Source of the DNA: Bacteroidota bacterium
Lineage (GTDB): Bacteria > Bacteroidota > Bacteroidia > AKYH767-A > OLB10
Reading direction: 5' to 3'
Assembly (NCBI GenBank): GCA_046073825.1
Contig: JBJTMY010000063.1
Location: 23,598-87,597, forward strand
Length of the DNA: 64,000 bases
The stretch's first letter is position 1. Every line of letters begins with the position of its first letter. The notes beneath the pieces were generated by a model. It did not search any database, was not told where the DNA came from, and saw nothing but the letters and a program-made list of their open reading frames with translations. A program made the position numbers and the translations under genes. Shown here one piece after another: positions 26,409 through 36,674 of this stretch.

Positions 26409-29400
26409 CTATTTTCTAATGATTAATTTTTTTGTCATTTGTTGGTTTCCTGATATCAAACGAACGAAATAAACGCCATTGCTATAATCAGACATGTCCA
26501 CTACTCTATTACCTGCGGTTACATTTTCATCTTTTGTAGAGTAAATAGTTTTACCCATTAAATCTAATATCTCAATGGAAGCATCGGTACGATTTGTTAA
26601 ATTATAATCGATATACACCATTGATTCAGCAGGATTCGGATAGACATTAAGGTTAGTAGTGTTCGTTAAAATAAATTCATCTTGACCCGTAGCAATGCCC
26701 ACGGTAAATTGCTTGTAAACTTGTCCACCAAAATCAGAATTGAAATTATACATTACATTACCCATCGTATTTTTAAATCTCACATATCCATTACCCTGTG
26801 CAGTATTTGCCCACCACGCTAAACCATCTTCACCAGCGTCTAACAACTCGAAGCGATAGCAGCCATTAGGTAGGTTCAGTGTATCGATATAATAAGTATT
26901 TGCTGAAAGATTATTTCTTGATAAAATCACATTTCCATTTTCATCTTTCACGGTATAACTATTTTCGGAAGGAGCGCTATTTGTTTTTAGCTCAATAACA
27001 AAAACAGGAGGAGTAGCACTTGGATAAACAAAATTAGTTCGCATTGTATCATTGTAAGCGTACTGGTCTTGCGTACCGTTTGGATTACTCACATAAGCAT
27101 AAAACTTGGTTGCCCCTCCAATCCAATTAAAGTTGGGTAACGTTAATGTAGCGGACTGCATAAACGGCAAAGAGCCTGTCCAATTATAAACAGTTGGTGT
27201 TGCACCTTGCAGTCCGTAGGTAATTGTAGCAGAAGTAAGGGTTGCAGACCCTGTATTTTTTATTTTAATAATTGGTGAAGAGCAAACTGGATTTTTACGC
27301 AACCACATTTGATTGGTAGTTGGTGCAAGAATATCATCAATAGCAACATCATTTGTAAAATTAGGGGCGCTATAACTTACTAATTGATCTTCGATTTGAT
27401 AATAATCCCAACCAGAAGTTTGTGTATAAGCTTGCACATCATGATCTAAAGTAAATGAAGTTCCTGGGGTGATATAATCAGAGATTTCCCAATCATACGT
27501 CCACACTTCTGCTCCCGGGCACCAATTAGAACGATCGTAAACCCAAGTACCTCCTTGCGGATATAACGGATTATAATCACAGTTATCTCTCCATACTAAT
27601 TTTGAATAACGGTTTACTCCATTCACTTTATAGTAATGGCTTTTCGGGCAAAATTCAGCGCAATTACTTGGTGTATCCATTCCGTGTCCTGTTACACGTG
27701 ATTTCCAGCGAGCGTTTGCGGCGTTTGGTTCTAAATTAACAGTTAAGGCTTGAAGATGATTGTCGATTGGATCACTTGCTACACCGTAATTAAAATTACC
27801 ATTCCAAAGATTACGAATTCCTAGCACATTACGGGGAGGAGTTCCTTCTATGAACAAGAATTTAACATCCAATAATTCCTGCCAGTTACCTGCCGACATA
27901 TCCACGCTATCATGCAATAGTGTTCGGTAATCACTCACGTCGAATGTCCATGTCCACCCACTTCCTAAACTTAAACTATTGCCATAAGGAGTAATGTAAC
28001 GTGACAACTCATAACGGATAAGATTAGGTGCATACGTATAGTATGTATATACTGCTTGATTAATAGTTCCATCCGCAGGGGTTAATGTAGAATCAATCAT
28101 TTGCCCTTGGGATGTATAAATATAATTAGTGTAAGAAAGTGGCCAAACAGTCATTGTATCAGTAGCTACACCAATATTATTAATTGTATCAAGATAAGAA
28201 ACAATTTGAGAAGGGGGATTCATTACCGAATCCAAAACAAAAATTGAATCTAACTGCGACGCATATACGCCTTGTTCAAATTTAATGTTTGGTCTTAAAT
28301 TAGTTTCTGTCCAAGCATAATTAATTTCGGTTGTTGACTTCAAAGGATTATCGGCACCAAGATTTAATGAAGCAGGTCCATGGTTCATCGGGGAACCATC
28401 AGCAGCAGTAAAATAATTCCCATCATCAAAATTATAATAAGCAACAAGGTTATTATAATAAGGGTGACCAGCATCGATACGCTTATTCATATATTGTTGA
28501 ATAGTAGCTTGAGGCAAATCAATATTAAACACAGCAAATTCATCAATACGTCCTTCATACGACATAGATCCACTCCAATTCCCTTTTCCAATACGAAACT
28601 TATTGATACCCGCCATCAATTTAGGTTTAGCTCCACTACTAAAGAAAGGAGCACCATTCAAAAATATCTTCATGATCCCTGTTGAACAGTTCTTAGTGAA
28701 TGTCCAATAGTTCCACTGTCCTTTTATTTGCGCAGCGGTAGCCGCTTTCGAAACTCTATCGTAAGCAGTTCCATCCGTTCCTGCATCCCAGTACACTTTT
28801 GAGTCAGACCAAGGAGTATGAGAATTCAGAACACGATTACCTAAAGAATCGACTGCTTCGAAAGTAGTTCCATTCATTGGTTGAAAAACAGCATCTCCGT
28901 AAGCCCAAAACGCAACCGTTACAAAAGAATCGATGGCAGCAACATCTGAATTCACTGGCACCTCAACATACGATTGGTAATGTGTTTTTAATGTTCGATC
29001 GTTGGAAGCATTAGTAACTCCCGACTTATAAGTTGTTGTATTTGATTGAACTACATTATTTACACCTGTAGTTGCATTATCGAAATCAATTTCGATAATC
29101 ACATTTGAGACACCATCCCAATAAAATGAATTTGTTAATTGAATACTTTTCCATCCAGCGGTAATCGGAGCGAAATCATGTCCTTTGCTATAAACAGTAG
29201 TAAAGCCCGTTGAAGAAGTTGTAGCAGCAGTAAGCGTATCTGCTGTAACCATTTTCATACGAATCGTTAATTTATTAAAAGGAGAACCTACATTTTGTAA
29301 ATAAAAATTAAGTCCTGTAATATCTCCTGCACCCATACCCGCAGCCGTTAGTTCTGATGCGCGCCATAAATATTGCGATTTCGAAAGGTTATTAGCAGTA

Positions 29401-29855
29401 CCGAAAGGATGATTCGCATTAGTAGTTCCTCCTGCTAAAGTATAAGTATTTAAAGAAGTGGTTGAAAGGTGATTTAGGAAATAATCCCAATGTGTATTAT
29501 GTGTATACGTAGGCGTATTTGAATACGAGAACGAAGAAAAATTTCCTCCATTTAACATATACAAATTTTGATTATGCACAATACTATCGATAAGACCTGT
29601 ATGTTTATAAACATACGTATTGGTAAGATAATCCCATTCGCCACACTCAGGAAACTGAGCAGGATTACACTTAAGCGTGTAAAGCATTAATATTTTTTCC
29701 ACATTTAACGTGTCTGATGGAAAAACGAACCATGCACGTTGAGGTGAATTGAAAGTAAATGCTTGTACCACGGTTGTATCACCTACACCAGCAAACGATT
29801 TAAATGTTGTAAGAAAAAATAAAATCAGAATTGAGAGTACTTGTTTTTTCATCAT
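26409..29855 (-). CDS. Large T9SS cargo protein: PNGase F-like catalytic domain interrupted by a roughly 520-aa insertion (includes a LamG/ConA-like module), followed by Ig-like modules and a T9SS CTD
   Basis: 1148 aa. PNGase F-like blocks are CGEWDYLTNTYVY, RYITPYG...FDVSDYRTLL, NCAEFC and DRSNWCPGAEV. The LamG-like block is FWAYGDA...YEGRIDEFAVFN. The CTD is VYPNPAESMVYIDY...GVYFVRLISGNQQMTKKLI. Confidence 0.7.
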   Translation of the reverse strand: MMKKQVLSILILFFLTTFKSFAGVGDTTVVQAFTFNSPQRAWFVFPSDTLNVEKILMLYTLKCNPAQFPECGEWDYLTNTYVYKHTGLIDSIVHNQNLYMLNGGNFSSFSYSNTPTYTHNTHWDYFLNHLSTTSLNTYTLAGGTTNANHPFGTANNLSKSQYLWRASELTAAGMGAGDITGLNFYLQNVGSPFNKLTIRMKMVTADTLTAATTSSTGFTTVYSKGHDFAPITAGWKSIQLTNSFYWDGVSNVIIEIDFDNATTGVNNVVQSNTTTYKSGVTNASNDRTLKTHYQSYVEVPVNSDVAAIDSFVTVAFWAYGDAVFQPMNGTTFEAVDSLGNRVLNSHTPWSDSKVYWDAGTDGTAYDRVSKAATAAQIKGQWNYWTFTKNCSTGIMKIFLNGAPFFSSGAKPKLMAGINKFRIGKGNWSGSMSYEGRIDEFAVFNIDLPQATIQQYMNKRIDAGHPYYNNLVAYYNFDDGNYFTAADGSPMNHGPASLNLGADNPLKSTTEINYAWTETNLRPNIKFEQGVYASQLDSIFVLDSVMNPPSQIVSYLDTINNIGVATDTMTVWPLSYTNYIYTSQGQMIDSTLTPADGTINQAVYTYYTYAPNLIRYELSRYITPYGNSLSLGSGWTWTFDVSDYRTLLHDSVDMSAGNWQELLDVKFLFIEGTPPRNVLGIRNLWNGNFNYGVASDPIDNHLQALTVNLEPNAANARWKSRVTGHGMDTPSNCAEFCPKSHYYKVNGVNRYSKLVWRDNCDYNPLYPQGGTWVYDRSNWCPGAEVWTYDWEISDYITPGTSFTLDHDVQAYTQTSGWDYYQIEDQLVSYSAPNFTNDVAIDDILAPTTNQMWLRKNPVCSSPIIKIKNTGSATLTSATITYGLQGATPTVYNWTGSLPFMQSATLTLPNFNWIGGATKFYAYVSNPNGTQDQYAYNDTMRTNFVYPSATPPVFVIELKTNSAPSENSYTVKDENGNVILSRNNLSANTYYIDTLNLPNGCYRFELLDAGEDGLAWWANTAQGNGYVRFKNTMGNVMYNFNSDFGGQVYKQFTVGIATGQDEFILTNTTNLNVYPNPAESMVYIDYNLTNRTDASIEILDLMGKTIYSTKDENVTAGNRVVDMSDYSNGVYFVRLISGNQQMTKKLIIRK

Positions 29856-29897
29856 CTTAATTGTTTATGATTTTGTTTTATTATCACATTATAAAAA

Positions 29898-29936
29898 AGA
29901 GAAAGCGTACCCGAATTATGAATACGCCTTTCTTTT
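29898..29936 (-). terminator. Probable intrinsic terminator after infB
   Basis: Imperfect hairpin (AGAGAAAGCGTA ... TACGCCTTTCTTT with one bulge). On the minus strand it is followed by TTTTTTAT, about 25 nt after the infB stop. Confidence 0.5.
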
Positions 29937-29959
29937 CATTAGTTAATCATTACGAGTAA

Positions 29960-32900
29960 TTAAGCAAGTGTACGTTTTATAGCTACTTGTTCGTATCCCT
30001 CGATAATATCCCCTTCTTTAATATCGTTAAAGTTCGCAATATTCAATCCGCACTCCATTCCTGCCTGCACTTCTTTCGCATCATCTTTAAAGCGTTTTAA
30101 TGAGGCCAATTCACCACTATGAACAACGATACCATCACGAATAATTCTAATCTTCGTGTTACGATTTATTTTACCATCTAACACCATACAACCAGCGATG
30201 GTTCCCACTTTCGGAATTTTGAAAGTTTCGCGAACTTGTACGTTACATGTAATTTTCTCTTCGAACTCTGGAGCAAGCATTCCTTCCATGGCTGCTTTCA
30301 CTTCGTTGATAGCATCATAGATGATTGAATATAATCGAATATCAATTTCTTCATTCTCTGCTAATCTACGAGCACTTACAGAAGGACGAACTTGGAATCC
30401 GATAATAATTGCATTTGAAGCTGAAGCCAAGTTTACATCCGATTCAGAAATCTGTCCAACACCTTTCATAATCACATTCACCTGAATTTCCGGATTCGAC
30501 AATTTCAATAATGAATCGGCTAACGCTTCTACGGAACCATCCACGTCACCTTTCACAATTACGTTTAACTCCTTAAAGTTTCCTATCGCTAAACGACGAC
30601 CAATTTCATCTAAGGTAATATGTTTATGGGTACGTATTCCTTGTTCACGTTGTAATTGAAGACGCTTATTTGCAATTTCTCTTGCTTCTCTTTCGTCATC
30701 CATTACATTAAACTGATCACCCGCCTGAGGAGCACCGCTCATCCCTAGAATTAATGCTGGATGTGAAGGACCTGCTTCGTTAATCTTTCCTCCACGTTCA
30801 TTAAACATTGCCTTCACACGACCACTATAGCAACCTGCAAGTACTACATCACCAATTTTCAATGTTCCCGTTTGAACAAGAACGGTGGTAACATAACCTC
30901 TTCCTTTATCTAAGGAAGATTCAATAACGGTACCTTTTGCTAAACGTTCTGGGTTTGCTTTTAAGTCGAGCAAATCAGACTCTAATAATACCTTTTCTAA
31001 TAACTTATCTACATTCAATCCCTTTTTAGCAGAGATATCCTGACTTTGATATTTACCACCCCAATCTTCTACAAGATAATTCAAAGAGGCTAATTGTTCT
31101 TTAATTCTTTCTGGGTTCGCATCTGGCTTATCAATTTTATTAATTGCAAAAACGATAGGCACACCTGCTGCTTGGGCATGGTTAATAGCTTCTTTTGTTT
31201 GTGGCATGACACTATCATCAGCAGAAACTACGATGATGGCAACGTCTGTTACTTTCGCACCACGTGCACGCATAGCAGTAAACGCTTCGTGACCTGGAGT
31301 ATCTAAGAAAGTAATTTTTCTTCCGTTTTCAAGAGTTACCTCATAAGCTCCGATATGCTGAGTGATACCCCCCGCTTCACCGGCAATTACATTTGCTTTA
31401 CGGATATAATCTAACAGTGACGTCTTACCGTGATCGACGTGGCCCATTACAGTAACAATTGGAGCACGCGTTTCTAAGTCAGCTTCATCATCAATGTCAT
31501 CATTAATGGCTTCTTGAACATCGGCAGAAACGAATTCAACGGTATAACCAAATTCACTAGCTACCACAGTAATTGTTTCCGCATCCAAACGTTGGTTAAT
31601 CGAAACAAACAAACCAAGACTCATACAGGTAGCGATAATTTGATTTACCTGCACATTCATCATTTTCGCCAATTCATTAGCCGATACGAATTCAGTAACC
31701 TTAATTACTTTATCGGTTGTATCATCCATTGCTTCTTGACGTTTAGCATGTAAATCACGCTTCTCTTTTCTGAACTTGGAAGCTTTTGATTTACCTGCTC
31801 CACTTAAGCGGGCAAGTGTTGCTTTAATTTGATCTTGAATTTCTTTATCAGTAGGTTCAACCTTTGGCTGAGGCGCAGGTGCTGGACGACCTTTATTTCC
31901 TTTGCCAAAATTTCTATTCCCTCCTGGACGATTATCTCCACCTGGGCGTTGCTGACCTTGTTGCCAAGGGCGTTGTTGAGTATTACCACCAGCTTGCGGA
32001 TTTGCACCTCCTGGTGCGCCACCTGGTTTTTCTTTACGCTTACGCTTACGCTGACCAGATTCAAAATCAGAAGATGAAGCTACGGGCTTTTTCTTTGGAG
32101 GATCGACAGGCAGTACAATTTTACCTAAGATATTTGGACCACTCAGCTTTTCTACACGCACACTGATGTGTTCAGGAGGGGTATTGGCAGTGGTATTTGC
32201 AGTAGCTGTAGGTTCTTCTTTTACTTCTGCTTTTGCCGCAGGTTCAACAGCGGGAGGTGTAGTTGTTTCAACACTTGGTGTTGTTACTTCCTGCTTTGGT
32301 TCAACTTTTTTAGGAGCCTCTGTAATTGGAGTTTCAACATTAGAAGGTGATTTACTATCTAATTTTTTCTCTTCTACTTTTACCGGTTTAACCTCTTCTC
32401 CTTTCGAAGTTTTTTTATCTTTCTTCTCTACAACTGGTTCTTCCTTTTTCTTCGATTTCTTTTTACCCGCATCTAAATCTATTTTACCTAGAATTTTAGG
32501 AGTATCCACATCTACTTTAGCCTTGATAATTTCAGGCTCTGATTTAGGCTCAGGCTTCAACTCTACCTTTGGCTCCTCTTTAGGCTCCTCTTTAGGTTCT
32601 TCCTTCTGCTCTTCTTTCTTCTTTGTCGCTTTCTTTTCGGCAGCCGCTGCTAATTTAATTTCATCTAAACTCTTCTTTAGAGAATCGTCATTATCAGATT
32701 CGGCTTCTTTTTTTGCTTCCGTTTTAGTTGTTGTGGCTTCAATTACTACATTATCACGCTTCATTTTCTCACGTGTAATTTCTTGAGCATCCAACTTCGC
32801 CAAACGATCTGGCATATAGGTATCCTGTAACAACGCGTAAACTTCCTGAGGAATTTTTGTATTTGGATTACTATCCACTACAATTCCTTTCGACTCTAGA

Positions 32901-32977
32901 AATTCCACCACGTGTGTAAGACCTACATTGAGTTCTTTTGCAGCTTTACTGAGGCGTATTGCTTTATCTTCTGCCAT
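29960..32977 (-). CDS. infB: Translation initiation factor IF-2
   Basis: 1005 aa. G-domain motifs ([18 protein letters not shown]) and a long low-complexity K/E/P-rich N-terminal region. Confidence 0.97.
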   Translation of the reverse strand: MAEDKAIRLSKAAKELNVGLTHVVEFLESKGIVVDSNPNTKIPQEVYALLQDTYMPDRLAKLDAQEITREKMKRDNVVIEATTTKTEAKKEAESDNDDSLKKSLDEIKLAAAAEKKATKKKEEQKEEPKEEPKEEPKVELKPEPKSEPEIIKAKVDVDTPKILGKIDLDAGKKKSKKKEEPVVEKKDKKTSKGEEVKPVKVEEKKLDSKSPSNVETPITEAPKKVEPKQEVTTPSVETTTPPAVEPAAKAEVKEEPTATANTTANTPPEHISVRVEKLSGPNILGKIVLPVDPPKKKPVASSSDFESGQRKRKRKEKPGGAPGGANPQAGGNTQQRPWQQGQQRPGGDNRPGGNRNFGKGNKGRPAPAPQPKVEPTDKEIQDQIKATLARLSGAGKSKASKFRKEKRDLHAKRQEAMDDTTDKVIKVTEFVSANELAKMMNVQVNQIIATCMSLGLFVSINQRLDAETITVVASEFGYTVEFVSADVQEAINDDIDDEADLETRAPIVTVMGHVDHGKTSLLDYIRKANVIAGEAGGITQHIGAYEVTLENGRKITFLDTPGHEAFTAMRARGAKVTDVAIIVVSADDSVMPQTKEAINHAQAAGVPIVFAINKIDKPDANPERIKEQLASLNYLVEDWGGKYQSQDISAKKGLNVDKLLEKVLLESDLLDLKANPERLAKGTVIESSLDKGRGYVTTVLVQTGTLKIGDVVLAGCYSGRVKAMFNERGGKINEAGPSHPALILGMSGAPQAGDQFNVMDDEREAREIANKRLQLQREQGIRTHKHITLDEIGRRLAIGNFKELNVIVKGDVDGSVEALADSLLKLSNPEIQVNVIMKGVGQISESDVNLASASNAIIIGFQVRPSVSARRLAENEEIDIRLYSIIYDAINEVKAAMEGMLAPEFEEKITCNVQVRETFKIPKVGTIAGCMVLDGKINRNTKIRIIRDGIVVHSGELASLKRFKDDAKEVQAGMECGLNIANFNDIKEGDIIEGYEQVAIKRTLA
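32571..32606 (-). repeat. 12-nt tandem repeat within the infB N-terminal low-complexity region (encodes [12 protein letters not shown])
   Basis: GGCTCCTCTTTA occurs twice in perfect tandem, followed by a degenerate third unit GGTTCTTCCTTC. Confidence 0.7.
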
Positions 32978-33069
32978 TCGAATTAATTATTCTTTTTTTT
33001 AATAATAAGGCTAAATTACCTTAATGAATATTGGTCGTCTGTTTTAACTCCTGACGATAAGAGTTTTGA

Positions 33070-34305
33070 CTATTCAAATTCTGAACGAAGGATACGAACT
33101 ACTTCACGAATAGTCTCTTCTTCTAAGTCTGTTCTACTCACTAAATCTTCCACTGAAATGGCCAATACGCTCTTTGCAGTATCGCAACCAATCGACTTTA
33201 ATTCATCAATAATCCATGCATCAATTTCATCGCTAAATTCTTCAATATCCACATCTTCTTCTTCATCTTCACTGTCGCGATAAACATCAATTTCATAGCC
33301 CGTTAATCGGCCTGCAAGTTTGATATTATGACCACCTTTACCGATAGCCAATGACACCTGATCAGGCTTCATATATACAGCCGCGCGATGTGTTTCATCA
33401 TCCAACTTAATTGAAGTGATTTTCGCAGGACTTAAAGCACGAGTAATGTACAACTGAAGGTTGTTAGTATAGTTAATTACGTCAATATTTTCATTGCGCA
33501 GCTCTCTAACGATACCGTGTATACGTGATCCTTTCATCCCCACGCATGCTCCAACAGGATCAATTCTATCATCGTAAGATTCTACCGCTACTTTAGCTCT
33601 TTCACCTGGCTCACGAACAATATTTTTGATAGTAATTAATCCGTCAAATACCTCTGGTACTTCTTGTTCAAATAATCTTTCAAGGAATACAGGAGAAGTA
33701 CGCGATAAAATAATTCGAGGATTATTATTCACCATTTCCACACGTTGAATTACTGAACGTACTGCATCTCCTTTTTTGAAGAAATCAGCAGGAATCGTTT
33801 CGTTTTTTGGAAGTATTAACTCGTTCCCTTCATCATCTAGAATAAGAATTTCTTTCTTCCAAATTTGATATACCTCACCGGTTAAAATTTCACCAACACG
33901 ATCTTTATATTTTCTATAAACACCATCTTTTTCTAATTCAGAAATTCGTGCTACTAAATTCTGACGCAATGCTAATACTGCACGGCGACCAAAATCTTCC
34001 AGCTTCACTGTTTCTGTTAAGTCTTCACCTACTTCAAAGTCGGGCTCAATTTTAATTGCATCGGAATAGGCAATTTCAGTTACCGGATCTTCTACCATGC
34101 CATCCTCCACGATAACACGATTACGATATAGTTCTAAGTCACCTTTATCAATATTGATGATGACATCAAAATTATCGGCTGTGCCATAGCGCTTGCGTAA
34201 CATCCCACGAATTACATCTTCGAGGATACTCATCATGGTTGCACGATCAATGTTCTTGACTTCTTTGAATTCCGAGAAGGATTCTATCAGTACGTGATGG
34301 TCCAT
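33070..34305 (-). CDS. nusA: Transcription termination/antitermination factor NusA
   Basis: 411 aa with S1 and KH regions (ACVGMKGSRIHGIVREL, AIGKGGHNIKLA). Conserved rimP-nusA-infB order. Confidence 0.95.
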   Translation of the reverse strand: MDHHVLIESFSEFKEVKNIDRATMMSILEDVIRGMLRKRYGTADNFDVIINIDKGDLELYRNRVIVEDGMVEDPVTEIAYSDAIKIEPDFEVGEDLTETVKLEDFGRRAVLALRQNLVARISELEKDGVYRKYKDRVGEILTGEVYQIWKKEILILDDEGNELILPKNETIPADFFKKGDAVRSVIQRVEMVNNNPRIILSRTSPVFLERLFEQEVPEVFDGLITIKNIVREPGERAKVAVESYDDRIDPVGACVGMKGSRIHGIVRELRNENIDVINYTNNLQLYITRALSPAKITSIKLDDETHRAAVYMKPDQVSLAIGKGGHNIKLAGRLTGYEIDVYRDSEDEEEDVDIEEFSDEIDAWIIDELKSIGCDTAKSVLAISVEDLVSRTDLEEETIREVVRILRSEFE

Positions 34306-34313
34306 TTTAATAC

Positions 34314-34784
34314 TTATTTAATTTTAAAGTTTATAATCAATTTTGCTTCGCGAATATCACCGTAGTTTAATTGGTGCGTTATTTCGCTAATAATTTTCTT
34401 TTTGTTTTCCTTACGGGAAGTAATTTCTTTTAACTCAAATCCTGAATCATTTGCCGACATAAGCGTTCCTTTCATTTCTTTCCCTAACTTGTCGAACACT
34501 CTTAATTCACGACCTATTCGTCTAAAAAACTGCTGAGGAACTACTAAAGGCGCATCCATTCCAGGACTACCTACTTCAACCTCATGCGTTTCTAGAAACC
34601 CCGTTGGCTCTAACTGATCTAATAAATGTCTGCTAACAACCGTACACTCTTCAAGCGTAATTCCCGTAGGTTTATCTAATGCAACAATTAATTTCCCTGG
34701 CGACAATTTAATATCGACCAAGAAATTATCTGTTCCTGCAATTTTTTCCTGTACCCAGGCAGCTATGTTTTCTTTTTCAATCAT
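34314..34784 (-). CDS. rimP: Ribosome maturation factor RimP
   Basis: 156 aa with the EVGSPG motif, located immediately upstream of nusA. Confidence 0.85.
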   Translation of the reverse strand: MIEKENIAAWVQEKIAGTDNFLVDIKLSPGKLIVALDKPTGITLEECTVVSRHLLDQLEPTGFLETHEVEVGSPGMDAPLVVPQQFFRRIGRELRVFDKLGKEMKGTLMSANDSGFELKEITSRKENKKKIISEITHQLNYGDIREAKLIINFKIK

Positions 34785-34799
34785 AAAGATTAAATAAAA

Positions 34800-34819
34800 G
34801 AGGGGACTGTCGTCCCCTC
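34800..34819 (-). terminator. Terminator-like hairpin in the rimP-nusA-infB leader (candidate attenuator)
   Basis: On the minus strand the 8-bp GC-rich stem GAGGGGAC/GTCCCCTC has a 4-nt loop and is followed by TTTTATTTA. It ends 15 nt before the rimP ATG and lies downstream of the predicted -7 box at 34849..34842. Confidence 0.55.
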
Positions 34820-34841
34820 ATCTAACTTTGAAATCTCTCTG

Positions 34842-34849
34842 CAAATATA
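34842..34849 (-). promoter_or_regulatory. -7 box TATATTTG of the rimP-nusA-infB operon
   Basis: Exact match on the minus strand, 57 nt upstream of the rimP ATG and upstream of the leader hairpin. Confidence 0.4.
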
Positions 34850-34942
34850 GAAATTTTTTGGAGAAATCAGGCCCTTCCTACATTTTTTAACTATTACTCA
34901 ATAATTCAAGTCAATGAGGAATTTGTATTTTCGCACTCATTT

Positions 34943-35965
34943 ATGTTCCACCCTGGCCTGCCTGATAAATTTGTTAATGTTGCTTCGATACTACTTTCGA
35001 AGCTTATTAATCGCAGAAAAAAACTGGAGAAATTAAAAATTGAGTCGGTTTTAGTCATACGACAAGATGAAATTGGTGACATGTGCTATTCAACACATGC
35101 TTTTTCGCTCCTAAAAAAGCAATATCCGAATGCGAAAATTACTGTTTGGTGCAAACCAGCGGCGGCGGCATTAATTCAGCATGACCCCAATATCGATATC
35201 ATTATTAATGACGATAAGCCTGAAGGAAATAAGTATGACTTACTGATCGATTTAAGAGGCAAATGGGCAGGTATTTTTTACGCCTTACTGAATACACCTC
35301 GTTATCGTTTAGAGCGTGGGATTGTTCGTTTAAAAAACAAAGGACATCAACCTCATGAATCGGAAACGATTTATCAGATTATTCAGCCTGCCATTGGTGA
35401 ACTACCATTTGAACTTCCGCAGCTTTATGCTTCTGCATTAGAATTCAATCAAGCGACCGATTTCATTAATGAAAATAATCTTGACCACTTTGCTATTTTA
35501 CATACACAGGTAAAAAAGCAGCTTCGTCAATGGCCTGAGGAGCGCTTTGCTGAAATTGCTATCTATTTGAAAGAAAAACACTCCCTATCGATTGTTTTTT
35601 GTGGGGATAAGTCGGAAGTAGCAGGAATAGAACGAGTTCAAAAATTAATTCCTTTTACAACACATTGCTCTGCTGGTAAACTTAGCTTAGGAGGTTTTAA
35701 GTCGCTGTGTGAACGTGCGAGTTTATTTATTGGGAATGATAGCTCTCCTTTACACATTGCGTCTTTAAGTGGTGTACCCGCTTTGGGGTTATTCGGACCA
35801 GGACAATCGGATACTTTTTATCCTTTGGGAAAAAAATCGGGGTTGCTTCATCACATTTTACCTTGTCATCCATGTACTCAAGTGAAATGCAAACAAGAAA
35901 TACCTTGTATGCAACGTATTTCTGTTGCAGAGGTAAGAGAAAAAATTGAAGAAATTACTGCTTAA
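34943..35965 (+). CDS. Glycosyltransferase family 9 (heptosyltransferase-like)
   Basis: 340 aa. The C-terminal block LFIGNDSSPLHIASLSGVPALGLFGP is typical of GT9. Confidence 0.75.
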   Translation: MFHPGLPDKFVNVASILLSKLINRRKKLEKLKIESVLVIRQDEIGDMCYSTHAFSLLKKQYPNAKITVWCKPAAAALIQHDPNIDIIINDDKPEGNKYDLLIDLRGKWAGIFYALLNTPRYRLERGIVRLKNKGHQPHESETIYQIIQPAIGELPFELPQLYASALEFNQATDFINENNLDHFAILHTQVKKQLRQWPEERFAEIAIYLKEKHSLSIVFCGDKSEVAGIERVQKLIPFTTHCSAGKLSLGGFKSLCERASLFIGNDSSPLHIASLSGVPALGLFGPGQSDTFYPLGKKSGLLHHILPCHPCTQVKCKQEIPCMQRISVAEVREKIEEITA

Positions 35966-36621
35966 TTATTTTCTGAATTTTGCGCTTGACCTTCGGCAAT
36001 AGCTTCATCATTTTCAGTCACGACTACCATTCCTTCATTTCCAAAAATTCTTTTTTGGAATAAAATCATCAAAATAACGCTAATGGAAATACTAGCATCA
36101 GCCACATTGAACACAGGTCTAAAAAACACGAATTCGTCTCCGCCCCAAATAGGAAACCAAGTTGGGAAATGACCATTAATGATTGGAAAATAGAACATGT
36201 CCACTACTCTACCATGCAGCCATGATGCATAACCTTGCGTTGGCATAAACGAAGCAATTTGAAACTCACTTCCATTAAATATTTTTCCATAGAAAACACT
36301 GTCGAAGATATTTCCAGCAGCACCTGCTATGACCATAGCTATGCAATAAATGTATAACTGACTTGCTTTTTCTTTTATTAACTTATGAAGATAAAAGAAG
36401 ATGGCTATTACAAATAAAATACGGAAAGAGGTCAGAAAAATCTTACCATAATCGCCTCCAAACTCCATCCCGAAAGCCATTCCATTATTCTCAGTAAAAT
36501 GAATAATGGCCCAATCGGTGAATCGAATTTCTTCTCCAAGATACATGTGGGTTTTCACCCAAAACTTTACAAGCTGATCTACTAATAAGATCGCCAGGAT
36601 TAATAGTAACGGCTTCTTCAT
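35962..36621 (-). CDS. lspA: Lipoprotein signal peptidase (signal peptidase II)
   Basis: Contains FNVADASI and NxGxAFG-type motifs (ENNGMAFG). The ATG at 36621 is preceded in frame by a GTG at 36624. The 3' end overlaps the convergent GT9 gene by 4 nt. Confidence 0.9.
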   Translation of the reverse strand: MKKPLLLILAILLVDQLVKFWVKTHMYLGEEIRFTDWAIIHFTENNGMAFGMEFGGDYGKIFLTSFRILFVIAIFFYLHKLIKEKASQLYIYCIAMVIAGAAGNIFDSVFYGKIFNGSEFQIASFMPTQGYASWLHGRVVDMFYFPIINGHFPTWFPIWGGDEFVFFRPVFNVADASISISVILMILFQKRIFGNEGMVVVTENDEAIAEGQAQNSENN

Positions 36622-36674
36622 CACAATTTATAATTAAGGGACGATTTTCATCGTCCCTATTTTACTCTGCGTTA

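Noticed and set aside
32166-32786. A 206-aa plus-strand ORF, with overlapping 60-100-aa ORFs at 31829-32350, antisense to the infB N-terminal region.
   Set aside because: The predicted product is extreme low-complexity (S/F/G/V-rich). It mirrors the K/E/P-rich repeats of IF-2 on the other strand. This is a shadow ORF created by compositional bias, with no independent start context or motif.
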